Shown: in pieces, positions 9,498-19,822 of the stretch
How the letters are laid out: each line of letters starts with the position of its first letter
Position numbering within the stretch: position 1 is the stretch's first letter
The notes under the pieces: model-generated
What the model saw: only the letters and a program-made list of their open reading frames with translations
Told to the model about the DNA's origin: nothing
Database searches by the model: none
Translations under genes and position numbers: made by a program
Source: Oscillospiraceae bacterium
Lineage (GTDB): Bacteria; Bacillota; Clostridia; Christensenellales; Aristaeellaceae
Assembly: GCA_031255415.1 (NCBI GenBank)
Contig: JAIRSO010000020.1
Span: 27,405-91,404 of the forward strand
Direction of reading: 5' to 3'
DNA: 64,000 bases

Positions 9498-11141
9498 ATG
9501 CTCGCCGAGCGATACACGCGCCTTAACTTCCGCACGCAGGATGAGTTCGAGAAGGGGTTTAGGCTTGATATACCCGATCGGTTCAACTTCGGATATGATA
9601 TTGTGGACGAGTACGCGCGGATAGAGCCGGATAAGCCCGCGCTGCTGTGGACCAATCCAGCCGGAGAGGAACGCCGCTTCACGTTCGGGCAGATCGCGCG
9701 CGAGTCGGATCGCGCCGCTAACGCTCTGCGCTCGCTGGGTCTTAAAAAAGGCGACGCGGTGATGGTAACGCTGAAACGGCGGTATGAGTACTGGATCGCC
9801 GCGCCCGCGCTGTGCAAGCTGGGCTGCGTGATCATCCCGGCTACGCATCAGTTGACGCGCAAGGACGTTGAGTACCGCTGCGAGGCCGCCGGGGTCAAGG
9901 CGATACTGTCCGTTAACGATCCGTATATACTGGGCGAGATCGACGCGGCGCGGGATCGGTGCTCCACGCTGGCGCATACGATGTGCGTGCTGGAGGATCG
10001 TCCGGGGTGGATCAACTTCACCCGCCTGTGCGCTGAATCGTCCCGCGACTTCACGCCTCCCGGCGATCCGCCCGCCAACGACGATATTATGCTGATGTAC
10101 TTTACGTCCGGTACGACGGGCATGCCCAAGATGGTCGCGCACGACTTCACGTACCCGCTGGGCCAGCTGGCTACGTCCGCGTTCTGGCACAACGCGGACG
10201 ACTCGTCGCTGCATATGGCGGTGGCGGATACGGGCTGGGCTAAGGCCGGATGGGGCAAGATGTACGGACAGTGGATATGCGGCGCGTGCCTGTTCGTTTA
10301 TGATTTTGACAGATTCAATCCGAAAGAACTGCTGGACATGCTCGCCAAGCACCGTGTCACGCATTTCTGCGCGCCGCCGACCATACTGCGCTTCCTTATT
10401 AAAGAGGATTTATCGCGGTGGGATCTGTCCGCTCTGCGTTGGGCGAACGTAGCCGGCGAACCGCTCAACCCGGAGGTGTACAACCAATTCCTAAAAGCTA
10501 CAGGCGTTCGGCTGATGGAGGGCTTCGGGCAGAGCGAGACCACGCCGCTGCTGATGAACAGCAAGTGGACCCCGCCGCGCCCCGGCTCGACGGGATTCCC
10601 GTCTCCGCAGTACGATATCGACCTGATCAACGAAAACGGCGAGAGCGCGGAGGTGGGCGAGGAAGGCGAGATAGTGGTCAGGCTGGGTAAAGGCAGACCT
10701 CCCGGATTGCTCAAGGGATACTACCGCGATCCAGCGCGCACGGCTGAAGCGTTCGCGAACGGCATGTACCACACCGGGGATATGGCGTGGAAGGATGAGG
10801 ACGGGTATTACTGGTTCATCGGACGCGGAGACGACGTCATCAAGTCGTCGGGGTACAGGATCGGGCCGTTTGAGGTGGAGTCCGCGCTGCTGGAACATCC
10901 CGCCGTGCTGGAATGCGCCGTGACCGCCGTCCCGGACGCGGATCGGGGCCAGGCTGTGAAAGCCACGGTGGTGCTGGCGAAGGGATATGTCGCGTCGGAG
11001 GCGCTCAAGAGGGATCTGCAGACGCACGTCAAGCGCGTGACCGCGCCGTATAAGTATCCGCGCGTGATCGACTTCACGGACGAACTGCCCAAGACGGTCA
11101 GCGGGAAGATACTGCGCGCGAGGATTCGGGCGAAGGGATAA
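9498..11141 (+). CDS. AMP-forming acyl-CoA synthetase (medium-chain / ACSM-like)
   Basis: AMP-binding motifs YFTSGTTGMPK, YHTGD and SGKILR. AAGGAG RBS. Confidence 0.85.
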   Translation: MLAERYTRLNFRTQDEFEKGFRLDIPDRFNFGYDIVDEYARIEPDKPALLWTNPAGEERRFTFGQIARESDRAANALRSLGLKKGDAVMVTLKRRYEYWIAAPALCKLGCVIIPATHQLTRKDVEYRCEAAGVKAILSVNDPYILGEIDAARDRCSTLAHTMCVLEDRPGWINFTRLCAESSRDFTPPGDPPANDDIMLMYFTSGTTGMPKMVAHDFTYPLGQLATSAFWHNADDSSLHMAVADTGWAKAGWGKMYGQWICGACLFVYDFDRFNPKELLDMLAKHRVTHFCAPPTILRFLIKEDLSRWDLSALRWANVAGEPLNPEVYNQFLKATGVRLMEGFGQSETTPLLMNSKWTPPRPGSTGFPSPQYDIDLINENGESAEVGEEGEIVVRLGKGRPPGLLKGYYRDPARTAEAFANGMYHTGDMAWKDEDGYYWFIGRGDDVIKSSGYRIGPFEVESALLEHPAVLECAVTAVPDADRGQAVKATVVLAKGYVASEALKRDLQTHVKRVTAPYKYPRVIDFTDELPKTVSGKILRARIRAKG

Positions 11142-11256
11142 CCGCGCGGGAGCGTGGGGCGGATATTGTAAACACTGCCGCGCCGGGCGTTGAGGCTGGA
11201 TGAAGCCGCGTTTGTTATACGTCTATATATCGACAAGGATTCATCCGGAGGTCGTT

Positions 11257-13989
11257 ATGCAGCCGATTATAGACAAACCCGTCAGAGCCTCGATATTCGT
11301 GCCGAGGGTGCGCAGCGGCAGTTTCCTGCTGTCCACGCTGGCGACGTGCGTGAAGATTGCCGCGCTGATGATACTGGCGGCTGCGCTGGCAGGGGTGGGC
11401 GTGATCATTGGCATAGCGAAGGCGTATGTCGAGACCGCGCCGGATCTGGACGTGGGCAGCTTCGACGACCAGGCTCAGACCTCGTTCATTTATGATTCCG
11501 CTGGGAATCTTATTATGGATTACAAGGGCGCGGAGGATCGCGTTCTGGTCAGCATCAACGAGATACCGTTGATGCTCCAGCACGCGTTCGTGGCTGTTGA
11601 GGACGAGCGGTTCTATCAGCACGCGGGCGTGGACGTCAAGCGCATACTGGGCGCGTTCGTGAGCAACCTGACCCACGGCTCCACGCAGGGCGGCTCCACG
11701 ATCACGCAGCAGCTGATCAAACAGCGCATGTTAAGCGCGGAGCAGTCGTATAAACGGAAGATACAGGAAGCGTACCTGGCGATGGAGCTGGAGGCGCGCT
11801 ATTCCAAGGAGCAGATACTCGAGTCCTACCTCAACACGATATATTTGGGCGAGAATTATTACGGCGTAAAGACCGCCGCGTATGGTTATTTCGGCAAGGA
11901 TCTGAAAGATCTGACGCTGCGCGAGTGCGCGATGCTCGCCGGGGTGACGCGCAACCCGTATTACTATAATCCCAGAAGGAATTTCTACACGCGCAACACC
12001 GGCGAGTCCCAGAGCGCGGGCATTACGAACAGCCGCACGGACTATGTGTTAAGGGTGATGTATGAGAATCAATTCATCACCCAGAGTGAGTATCAGGACG
12101 CGCTGAACACAGCGACCGCCAGCGTGGAGCGCAACGCGCCGGGCAGCAATGAGCCAATATATAAATACACATATTATGTGGAATACGCTCTGCACGACGT
12201 GGTCACGCGGATGCTGGAGGTCTACCGCTATGAGGACACGTCCGCGAACCGCAGCAAGATAGAGAGCATGCTGCGCACGGGCGGTTACAGCATCTATCTG
12301 TGCGTTGATCCGCAGATACAGAACATCCTTGAGAAAACGCTGGCGGAGTGGAAGGATTATCCCCGCCTGCGCGATCCCAGCGACAATATATACCGCGCGC
12401 GGAACGCGGACGGCACGTACACGGAGATACCCCAGCCTCAAGCGGCTGCTGCGGTTTACGATTACAGGACGGGAGAGCTTAAGGCTATCGCGGGCGGACG
12501 GTACGCGCCGACTCAGCGCTTGACGCTCAACCGCGCGTGGGAGATGCGTATGCCGGTCGGCTCGTCGATCAAGCCGCTGACCGTGTACGCTCCGGCGCTG
12601 GAGCTGGGCGCGTCCCCGGCGAGCGTGGTGTTCAACATGCCCATACCGATCCCCGGCTGGAAGAACAGCGAGGGCGAGGACTCGTTTCCGCAGAACTATG
12701 GCGGCGGCGGTTACACGGGCGCGGAGACGCTCCGCCGCGCGATGCGCACGTCTCACAACACATCGGCGGCGCAGGCGCTGACCAACTACGTAGGTGTAGA
12801 GAACGCGTACACGTTCCTGAAACTGCTGGGCGTGGACGACCGCAACATCAACAAGGACGGTTACGGGCTGGCGCTGGGATCGTCGGGCGTGACCCCGATC
12901 CAGATGTCGGTCGCGTTTGGCGCTATCGCGAACAACGGCGTATATCTGCAGCCCGCGTCATTCTCGCGCGTGATAGACGCGGGAGGGAACGTTATCCTGG
13001 ACACGCGCGTCTCGCAGGAGAAGCGGCAGGTGTTCCAGCCGTCCACGGCGTGGATGATCGCCGATATGCTCAAAGAGGCCGTGAGGGATGGAACGGGTAC
13101 GTCCGCGAAGATCAGCGGGCAGACGGTGGGCGGCAAGACGGGCACCAACAGCGATTACAAGGGCGTGTTCTTCGCCGGGATGACGGGCTGGTACTCGGGC
13201 GCGGTGTGGATCGGGCACGACAACTACAAGGCGCTTACCTCCAACGCGACGGGCGGAGACTACGCCGCGCCGTTATGGCAGGCGTTCATGAAGGAGATCC
13301 ACGCGGCTAAGAATCTATCCAACCGCGAGATCATCGACGCGTCGCCGGAGGAGGTCGGGCTGGTGCAGGTGACGACGTGCTGCGTATCGGGGATGCTGGC
13401 GACGGACGCGTGCCGCGCGGACATAAACGGGTACTCCGTCGTAACGGATTATTGGAAGAACGGGACGCAGCCGACCGCGCCCTGCCCGATGCATCAGAAG
13501 TACGACATATGCGCGGAGACGGGGCTTATCGCGACCGAATACTGTCCGTCCGTCAAGGCCGCGTCGGCCGTATTCATACCGTATGGGCATCCACTATATA
13601 ACTATACGCGATCGTTCAAGAGCACGATCGAGAAATATCTGGGCAAGTACGCGTCGCTTCAGATCACGGGCGGCGTGAACGAGATGGACGCGGTGCTTAA
13701 CAATATGCGCTGCACGGCGCACACCTCGCCCGCGTATGAACAGTATATCTGGTCGATACCGTCCGCTGAAGGAGCGCCGCCCGACGCGTATCTTATCGCG
13801 GAGGCGCAGGCGTTGATATCGGAGGGTTACGCGAAGCTGGCGAACGTTGGATACACGCTGTCAACGGAGGATTTCAGGACGTTCGCGGAGGCGATCACGC
13901 TGGCCGAGCAGACGCTGTACAGCAACGGCAGCGCGGCCTCGCTGCAGTACGCGCTGCAGAATCTGCGATTGATCATCGCCAGGTATTGA
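11257..13989 (+). CDS. Class A penicillin-binding protein (PBP1A-type transglycosylase/transpeptidase) with a Cys-containing C-terminal extension
   Basis: GT51 motifs EDERFYQHAGVD and GGSTITQQL. Transpeptidase motifs SSIKP, SHN and KTGT. GGAGG RBS before the ATG at 11257, and an N-terminal TM anchor. Confidence 0.9.
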   Translation: MQPIIDKPVRASIFVPRVRSGSFLLSTLATCVKIAALMILAAALAGVGVIIGIAKAYVETAPDLDVGSFDDQAQTSFIYDSAGNLIMDYKGAEDRVLVSINEIPLMLQHAFVAVEDERFYQHAGVDVKRILGAFVSNLTHGSTQGGSTITQQLIKQRMLSAEQSYKRKIQEAYLAMELEARYSKEQILESYLNTIYLGENYYGVKTAAYGYFGKDLKDLTLRECAMLAGVTRNPYYYNPRRNFYTRNTGESQSAGITNSRTDYVLRVMYENQFITQSEYQDALNTATASVERNAPGSNEPIYKYTYYVEYALHDVVTRMLEVYRYEDTSANRSKIESMLRTGGYSIYLCVDPQIQNILEKTLAEWKDYPRLRDPSDNIYRARNADGTYTEIPQPQAAAAVYDYRTGELKAIAGGRYAPTQRLTLNRAWEMRMPVGSSIKPLTVYAPALELGASPASVVFNMPIPIPGWKNSEGEDSFPQNYGGGGYTGAETLRRAMRTSHNTSAAQALTNYVGVENAYTFLKLLGVDDRNINKDGYGLALGSSGVTPIQMSVAFGAIANNGVYLQPASFSRVIDAGGNVILDTRVSQEKRQVFQPSTAWMIADMLKEAVRDGTGTSAKISGQTVGGKTGTNSDYKGVFFAGMTGWYSGAVWIGHDNYKALTSNATGGDYAAPLWQAFMKEIHAAKNLSNREIIDASPEEVGLVQVTTCCVSGMLATDACRADINGYSVVTDYWKNGTQPTAPCPMHQKYDICAETGLIATEYCPSVKAASAVFIPYGHPLYNYTRSFKSTIEKYLGKYASLQITGGVNEMDAVLNNMRCTAHTSPAYEQYIWSIPSAEGAPPDAYLIAEAQALISEGYAKLANVGYTLSTEDFRTFAEAITLAEQTLYSNGSAASLQYALQNLRLIIARY

Positions 13990-14015
13990 GCGCAGAGGCA
14001 CGCCGCTTCGAGCGG

Positions 14016-14053
14016 CGCGCATTGGGAACGCACCCTCCGCCGCAAAGCGGCGG
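14016..14053. terminator. Perfect GC-rich hairpin between the convergent PBP1A and DtxR-family genes
   Basis: GAACGCACCCTCCGCCG-CAAA-CGGCGGAGGGTGCGTTC, a 17-bp stem with no clear U-tract on either strand. Confidence 0.5.
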
Positions 14054-14118
14054 AGGGTGCGTTCTAAAACACAGAGGAAATATTCGCGCGAATCGGCGGA
14101 GGAAACCATTCCCCTAAG

Positions 14119-14508
14119 TTAACCCAATCCCCGTCCATCCGAGGACTCCTCCGCGATCCTTTTGATCGCGGCGTAGGTCTCCGCGCTTAGTATGTGTTCC
14201 AGCCTGCAGGCGTCGGTCGCCGCGATCTCGTCGGGCACGCCGATCCTGCGCAGCCAGGTGTGCAGCGTCGCGTGCCTATCAAGCACCGCCTCCGCCGCGA
14301 CGCGTCCCTTGCTGGTCAGCGTGATGAATCCATCCTCGTCTACGGCGATGTAACCGGACTGGCGCAGCTTCTTCATCGCGACGCTGACGCTGGGTTTGGA
14401 AAACCCCATCTCAGAGGCGATATCGATCGACCGCACGACCCCGCGCGCGCGGCTGATGACGAGTATATTCTCAAGATAATCCTCGGCGGACGCTCGTATA
14501 GCCGGCAT
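14119..14508 (-). CDS. DtxR/MntR-family metal-dependent transcriptional regulator
   Basis: MPAIRASAEDYLENILVISRARGVVRSIDIASEMGFSKPSVSVAMKKLRQSGYI matches the DtxR N-terminal HTH. The ATG at 14508 is preceded by GGAGGG. The upstream part of the tracked ORF overlaps aspS and is discarded. Confidence 0.85.
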   Translation of the reverse strand: MPAIRASAEDYLENILVISRARGVVRSIDIASEMGFSKPSVSVAMKKLRQSGYIAVDEDGFITLTSKGRVAAEAVLDRHATLHTWLRRIGVPDEIAATDACRLEHILSAETYAAIKRIAEESSDGRGLG

Positions 14509-14531
14509 ATACCCTCCGCTGTGCCCCGGGC

Positions 14532-16316
14532 TCAACCACCCGGCGGCGACGGCTCGCGAAGCTTGATGTGAACCTCGCGCAATTGTTTCTCCGTAACGCG
14601 CGAGGGGCTGCCCATCATCGGCTCCTGCGCGCTCTTGTTCATCGGGAACGCTATGACCTCGCGGATGTTCGGCTCGCCCGCCAAAAGCATCACGATGCGA
14701 TCCACGCCCGGGGCTATCCCAGCGTGCGGCGGCGCGCCGAACCGGAACGCGTTGTACAGCGCGGGGAATTGGCTGGCGACAACGTCTTGATCGAATCCCG
14801 CGATCTCGAACGCGCGGATCATCGTCGAAGGATCGTAGTTGCGAACCGCGCCGCTGGATAACTCTATACCGTTGCAAACGATATCATACTGATAGGCGAG
14901 GATATCGAGAGGCTCCATCGTGTTGAGCGCGTCCAGGCCGCCCTGCGGCATCGAGAAAGGATTGTGCCCGAACATGATCGAACCTGTTTCCTCGTCCCTT
15001 TCGTACATCGGGAAGTCTACGATCCAACAGAATTTGAATTGGTTTTCGTTGATTAAGCCTAACTCCGCGCCCATCCTGGCGCGAGCCAGACCAGCCAGAC
15101 GGACGATAGACTCCTTTGGCTCCGCGATCAGCACGACCGCCGCGCCCGGCTGAAGCCCCAGCATCGAGACGAGTCCGGCGCGCACGCTGGCGGGGCAGGC
15201 CATCAGCGCGTTGGCTATGCCTCCCGTAACCGCGCCCGCGTCGTCCAGCCTGAACCAGTACGCGTTGGACGCGCCCTGTTCCTTCATATAAACGCCCAGC
15301 GCGTCAAAGAACCTGCGCGTCTTCGCGAACCGATCGACGGCTATCGCGCGTATCTGCTTGCCCTCGAAGAACGGCGGCGCGCCGTCCGCGAACAGCGCGG
15401 TCACGTCCTCTATAACCAAAGGGTTGCGCAGGTCGGGTTTATCGGAGCCGTAGCGCGCCAGCGCCTTCGAGTATGGTATGCGCGGGAACGGGGGCAGGGT
15501 CACGTCCGCGTCGGTGTTCTCGCGGAACACTTCGTATAGCACGGGTTCTATCGCCGCGAACACATCCTCTTGATCCGCGAACGCCATCTCCATATCCAGC
15601 TGATAGAACTCGCCCGGCGAACGATCCGAGCGCGCGTCCTCGTCCCTGAAACACGGCGCGATCTGAAAGTATTTGTCGAAACCGGAGGTCATCAGCAGCT
15701 GTTTATACTGCTGCGGGGCTTGAGGCAGCGCGTAGAATTTTCCCGGATGCACGCGGCTGGGCACGATATAATCGCGCGCGCCCTCCGGCGACGAGCTGGT
15801 CAGGATGGGGGTTTGTATCTCGAGGAAGCCCTGCGCGCGCATGTGCCGCCGTATGGAGTCGATCACGCGCGAACGCAGCGCGATCCTCTGCTGGTTAACG
15901 GGGTTGCGCAGGTCGAGGAAGCGGTACTTAAGCCGCAAATCCTCGCGGTTGTCGCGCGAGGTTGAGACCGCGAAGGGCAGCGGCTCCACGCATAATCCCA
16001 GCGGCTCTATGTCTTCGGGTTGAGCGGGGATCAGCTCGATCGCGCCGGTGGGCAGACGGGGGTTCGGGCTTTCGCGCGGCACGACCGCGCCCGTTACGCA
16101 CACGGTAGACTCGATCGGGATCGAGCGCAGTTTCTCGAGCAGTTCCGGCGTTCGCGCGACAGCCTGCGTCACGCCGTAGAAGTCGCGTATCACAAAGAAA
16201 GCCATCGCGCCCAGGTCGCGTATGTTATCGAGCCAGCCGTTCAAGGTCGCGGTTTGTCCCGCCTGTTTCGCGGTTAGTTCCCCGCAGGTGTGGGTGCGTT
16301 TGGTGAATGAAGCCAT
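14532..16316 (-). CDS. aspS: Aspartate--tRNA ligase (bacterial type)
   Basis: N-terminal OB fold, class II motifs (CFRDEDARSDR, GIAPGVDRIVML), 594 aa. GGAGGAAAG RBS. Confidence 0.92.
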   Translation of the reverse strand: MASFTKRTHTCGELTAKQAGQTATLNGWLDNIRDLGAMAFFVIRDFYGVTQAVARTPELLEKLRSIPIESTVCVTGAVVPRESPNPRLPTGAIELIPAQPEDIEPLGLCVEPLPFAVSTSRDNREDLRLKYRFLDLRNPVNQQRIALRSRVIDSIRRHMRAQGFLEIQTPILTSSSPEGARDYIVPSRVHPGKFYALPQAPQQYKQLLMTSGFDKYFQIAPCFRDEDARSDRSPGEFYQLDMEMAFADQEDVFAAIEPVLYEVFRENTDADVTLPPFPRIPYSKALARYGSDKPDLRNPLVIEDVTALFADGAPPFFEGKQIRAIAVDRFAKTRRFFDALGVYMKEQGASNAYWFRLDDAGAVTGGIANALMACPASVRAGLVSMLGLQPGAAVVLIAEPKESIVRLAGLARARMGAELGLINENQFKFCWIVDFPMYERDEETGSIMFGHNPFSMPQGGLDALNTMEPLDILAYQYDIVCNGIELSSGAVRNYDPSTMIRAFEIAGFDQDVVASQFPALYNAFRFGAPPHAGIAPGVDRIVMLLAGEPNIREVIAFPMNKSAQEPMMGSPSRVTEKQLREVHIKLREPSPPGG

Positions 16317-16355
16317 ATTGCCGCTTTCCTCCGACGTTGCTAGTGGATTGCTTAT

Positions 16356-16384
16356 ACTATATCATAACGCGGCGCGGCTATCAA
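16356..16384 (-). promoter_or_regulatory. aspS promoter
   Basis: Minus strand reads TTGATA (16379-16384), 17 nt, TATAGT (16356-16361). The leader is short and has no T-box. Confidence 0.55.
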
Positions 16385-16399
16385 TTGGCGAGCGGGCTA

Positions 16400-16428
16400 T
16401 TGACAATAAATCCCCGCTGCTATACGAT
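16400..16428 (+). promoter_or_regulatory. Promoter for the EF-G/Tet(M)-family GTPase gene, placed so that the mRNA would be leaderless
   Basis: TTGACA (16400-16405), 17 nt, TACGAT (16423-16428). The ATG at 16436 is 8 nt past the -10 and has no SD. Confidence 0.5.
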
Positions 16429-16435
16429 CGAACCG

Positions 16436-18427
16436 ATGAGCGATCCTAACGGCACAACGGCGCGTTCGCGGCGCAACATAGGTATCTTCGCGCACGTGGA
16501 CGCGGGCAAGACCACGCTGACCGAGCGCATGCTGCAGCTGACCGGAACGATCCGCGAGGCCGGTGCGGTCGATCTGGGCACCGCGCACACCGATTCGCTG
16601 GACGTGGAGCGCAGGCGCGGGATCACCGTCCGCGCGGCGATGGTCTCGATGCGCTGGCGCGGCGTTGATATCCATGTGATAGATACGCCGGGGCACACCG
16701 ACTTCGCGTCGGAGGTGGAGCGCGCGTTCTGGGCACTGGACGGCGCAGCGCTGATAATAAGCGCGGCGGAAGGCGTGCGTCCGCAAACCGAGAGATTATA
16801 CCGCGCGCTGGAGGATTACGGCCTGCCGTTCATAATATTCGTCAATAAGTGCGACATGGCGGACGCGGACGGCAAAGCGACGATCGCGGCGGCGCGCGTC
16901 TCGCTGGGCGCGGGGGTAACGGACGCGTCGGACCCCGCGAGCGTTTTGGAATGCCTGGCCGACTTCGACGAGGATATGCTGGACGCGTTTGTCGAAGGGA
17001 GACGGGTTGAGCGGGATCGTCTGCGCGGGTCGCTGCGCGGGTACGCGCGCGCGGGCAAGGCTCATCCGGCGTTCATGGGCAGCGCGCTGAAGGGCGAAGG
17101 CGTAGCGGAACTGCTGGACGCGATCACATATTACCTGCCGGAGCCGTCCGGGGATCCGTCGGCGAGTCCTGCGGGGATCATATTCGCGATAGACAACAGC
17201 CAGAGCCAAGGCCGGGCGGCTCACGCGCGGTTATTCGAGGGATCGCTGCGCAATCGCGACACGATAACGCTGACCATCCCGCCCGCGTACCGAGGCGCGC
17301 CCGCTAAGACGGTGGATTACAAGATAGCGCAGATTCGCACGATCGAGCTATCCGGACGCGGTTCTGATCTGGGAGAGTTGACCGCCGGAGGCGCGGCCTC
17401 GATAATGGGGTTTAAAGAGGCGCGCGCGGGCATGACGATCGGCGACGCGGAGCGTCTGCCCAAACGAGCCGCTCCGGATATGTCCGACGAGAGGAACGGC
17501 GCGTTCGCGCAGCCGTTATTGCTGGCGAAGGTCACGCCCGTTGATCCCGCTCAAAGAGAGGCTCTGCGCCTCGCGCTGGATACGCTAGCCAGCGAGGATC
17601 CGTTACTGCGCGCCGAGACGCTGGGCGGCGATCCGCATGTGCGCGTGATGGGCGCGGTTCAGTTGGAGGTATTGGAGGAGTGGCTCCGCACGAGGTTCGG
17701 CGTAATGGCGCGGTTTGGTCCGCCGCATATTGTCCATCATGAGACGATAGCGGAGCCGGCGGTCGGGTTCTACGCGTACACAATGCCCAAGCCCTGCTGG
17801 GCGGTTATACGATTCGATCTGGAGCCGCTGCCGCGCGGCGCTGGTATCCGGTATGATTCCGTCGTGCCCGCGCGCGAGATCGCCACGAGGTATCAGCATC
17901 AGATCGAGCAGGCGCTGCCCGCCGCGTTAAGGCAGGGCATACTGGGCTGGCCCGTAGACGATATAAAGATAACGCTGACCGGAGGCGAGCATCACCTGAT
18001 CCACACCCATCCGCTGGATTTCATCGTGGCGTCGCCCGTCGCGCTGATGGACGGGTTAAGACGCGGCAAGCCCGTGCTGCTGGAGCCGATCCTTTCAATA
18101 GATATCACGATACCCGCCGAGTGCGCGGGACGCGTCCAGAGCGAGATAACCGCGATGCGCGGCGAGACGATCGACGCGAGGCCGAGAGGCGATCTGCTGC
18201 GCATGACCGCGCTCGCGCCGACCGCGTCGTCGCTGGATTTCCACACGCGGCTGGCGGCTATCACGCGCGGCAGGGGCGCGATGACCCGCCGTCTGCACGG
18301 ATATAAAGACCGCGCGCCCGATCCGGAGCTGGTCTGCCCGCGCCGAGGCGTTAACCCGCTGGACACGGCGAAGTATATACTCGCGGCGCGAAACGCGCTG
18401 GACGGCGGCATATTCGACGACGTGTGA
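16436..18427 (+). CDS. EF-G / Tet(M)-Tet(O)-family translational GTPase paralog
   Basis: G1 AHVDAGKTT, G3 DTPGH, G4 NKCD, followed by EF-G domains III to V. The N-terminal region resembles ribosomal-protection proteins more than canonical EF-G. Confidence 0.8.
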   Translation: MSDPNGTTARSRRNIGIFAHVDAGKTTLTERMLQLTGTIREAGAVDLGTAHTDSLDVERRRGITVRAAMVSMRWRGVDIHVIDTPGHTDFASEVERAFWALDGAALIISAAEGVRPQTERLYRALEDYGLPFIIFVNKCDMADADGKATIAAARVSLGAGVTDASDPASVLECLADFDEDMLDAFVEGRRVERDRLRGSLRGYARAGKAHPAFMGSALKGEGVAELLDAITYYLPEPSGDPSASPAGIIFAIDNSQSQGRAAHARLFEGSLRNRDTITLTIPPAYRGAPAKTVDYKIAQIRTIELSGRGSDLGELTAGGAASIMGFKEARAGMTIGDAERLPKRAAPDMSDERNGAFAQPLLLAKVTPVDPAQREALRLALDTLASEDPLLRAETLGGDPHVRVMGAVQLEVLEEWLRTRFGVMARFGPPHIVHHETIAEPAVGFYAYTMPKPCWAVIRFDLEPLPRGAGIRYDSVVPAREIATRYQHQIEQALPAALRQGILGWPVDDIKITLTGGEHHLIHTHPLDFIVASPVALMDGLRRGKPVLLEPILSIDITIPAECAGRVQSEITAMRGETIDARPRGDLLRMTALAPTASSLDFHTRLAAITRGRGAMTRRLHGYKDRAPDPELVCPRRGVNPLDTAKYILAARNALDGGIFDDV

Positions 18428-18520
18428 CGCTTAGCGCGGCGCGTCTTGCAAAACCGCGCGCGCGCGTTTATAATGATCCGCGTTGGAAAATATATGGCTG
18501 CCGTATTAAGGAGGCCGATT

Positions 18521-19726
18521 ATGGCTAAGCGTAAAATCCTGCTGGCGTATTCCGGCGGGCTGGATACCTCGATCATCATACCGTGGCTGAAGGAAAACTA
18601 TGACTGCGAGGTCATATGCATGGCGGCGGACGTTGGGCAGGGCGACGAGTTGGAGCCGCTGCACGAGAAGGCCAAGCGCACCGGGGCGAGCAAGCTGTTC
18701 ATAGAGGATCTGCGCGAGGAATTCGTGACGGATTTCATCTATCCGACGTTGAAGGCCGGCGCGGTCTACGAGGGCAAGTACCTGCTGGGCACGAGTTTCG
18801 CGCGGCCGCTGATAGCGAAGCGGCTGGTCGAGATCGCGCTTCGGGAGGGATGCGACGCTATCTGCCACGGCGCGACGGGCAAGGGAAACGATCAGGTGCG
18901 GTTCGAGTTGACCATCAAGGCGTTCGCGCCGTTCATGGAGATAATCGCGCCGTGGCGCGTGTGGGATATCAAGACGCGCGAGGAAGAGATCGATTACGCG
19001 AACGCGCGCGGCATAGACGTGCCGGTCAAGAAGGATCGTCCTTACTCGATGGATCGCAACCTGTGGCATCTCAGCCATGAAGGCGCGGATCTGGAAGACC
19101 CGTGGAACGAGCCGCCGGAGGATATGCTGCTGATCGTCAGCAAGATAGAGGACGCTCCCGACGTGGCCGAGTACGCGACCATCTCCTTTGATAAAGGGAA
19201 TCCAACGGCTGTCAACGGCGAGAAGCTCGCGCCCGTCGATTTGGTGGAGAGGCTGAACGCTATCGGCGCGAGGCACGGCGTAGGCGTTGCCGATCTGGTC
19301 GAGAATCGTCTGGTCGGGATCAAGAGCCGAGGCGTGTACGAGACCCCCGGCGGCGCGTTATTATATGAAGCGCACCGCGAACTGGAGTCGATCGCGCTGG
19401 ATCGCGCGACGGCGCATTATAAGGAGCAGCTGGCTCTGCGCTACGCGGAATTGGTGTACGACGGATGCTGGTACACCCCGTTAAGGGAAGCGATGGACGC
19501 GTTCGTAGAGGTTACGCAAAGAAACGTGACCGGGGACGTCAAACTGAAACTGTTCAAAGGGAATATCATTCCGGCGGGGGTGCGTTCGCCGCACTCGCTG
19601 TACAGCGAGGAGATCGCGACGTTCGGCGACAGCAAAGAGTTGTATAACCATAAGGATAGCGAGGGGTTCATCAATCTGTTTGGACTGCCGCTGAAAGTCG
19701 CGGCTATGGCTAAGCAGAAGGGGTGA
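18521..19726 (+). CDS. argG: Argininosuccinate synthase
   Basis: [12 protein letters not shown]-pyrophosphatase motif. AAGGAGG RBS before the ATG at 18521. Confidence 0.93.
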   Translation: MAKRKILLAYSGGLDTSIIIPWLKENYDCEVICMAADVGQGDELEPLHEKAKRTGASKLFIEDLREEFVTDFIYPTLKAGAVYEGKYLLGTSFARPLIAKRLVEIALREGCDAICHGATGKGNDQVRFELTIKAFAPFMEIIAPWRVWDIKTREEEIDYANARGIDVPVKKDRPYSMDRNLWHLSHEGADLEDPWNEPPEDMLLIVSKIEDAPDVAEYATISFDKGNPTAVNGEKLAPVDLVERLNAIGARHGVGVADLVENRLVGIKSRGVYETPGGALLYEAHRELESIALDRATAHYKEQLALRYAELVYDGCWYTPLREAMDAFVEVTQRNVTGDVKLKLFKGNIIPAGVRSPHSLYSEEIATFGDSKELYNHKDSEGFINLFGLPLKVAAMAKQKG

Positions 19727-19822
19727 CGCGGGGGTTTACTCAATGCTAGCGGCAGCGAGGCTTACCAGCCGCTAGCGGCGTGGGAGCTTCCACTGTGGCA
19801 GATACGTTTTGAGGTGTCTACG

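Noticed and set aside
8901-10364. 487-aa ORF antisense to the XRE-cupin and acyl-CoA synthetase genes. Similar long antisense or off-frame ORFs occur at 4194-5603, 5604-6455, 22251-23231, 29795-31405 and 51113-52177.
   Set aside because: Their translations are Arg/Pro/Gly/His-rich and low in complexity, with no motifs. Each lies opposite a sense-strand gene with clear family signatures. This is the usual stop-codon-poor antisense frame of GC-rich DNA.
14509-14877. N-terminal 123 codons of the tracked 252-aa ORF that contains the DtxR-family regulator. The same pattern applies to the upstream extensions of tracked ORFs 3002-3574, 57490-58170, 16307-18427, 18446-19726, 43448-44608 and 33414-34778.
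   Set aside because: The extensions overlap neighbouring genes or promoters and lack family similarity. In each case an internal ATG with a good SD begins the recognisable domain.
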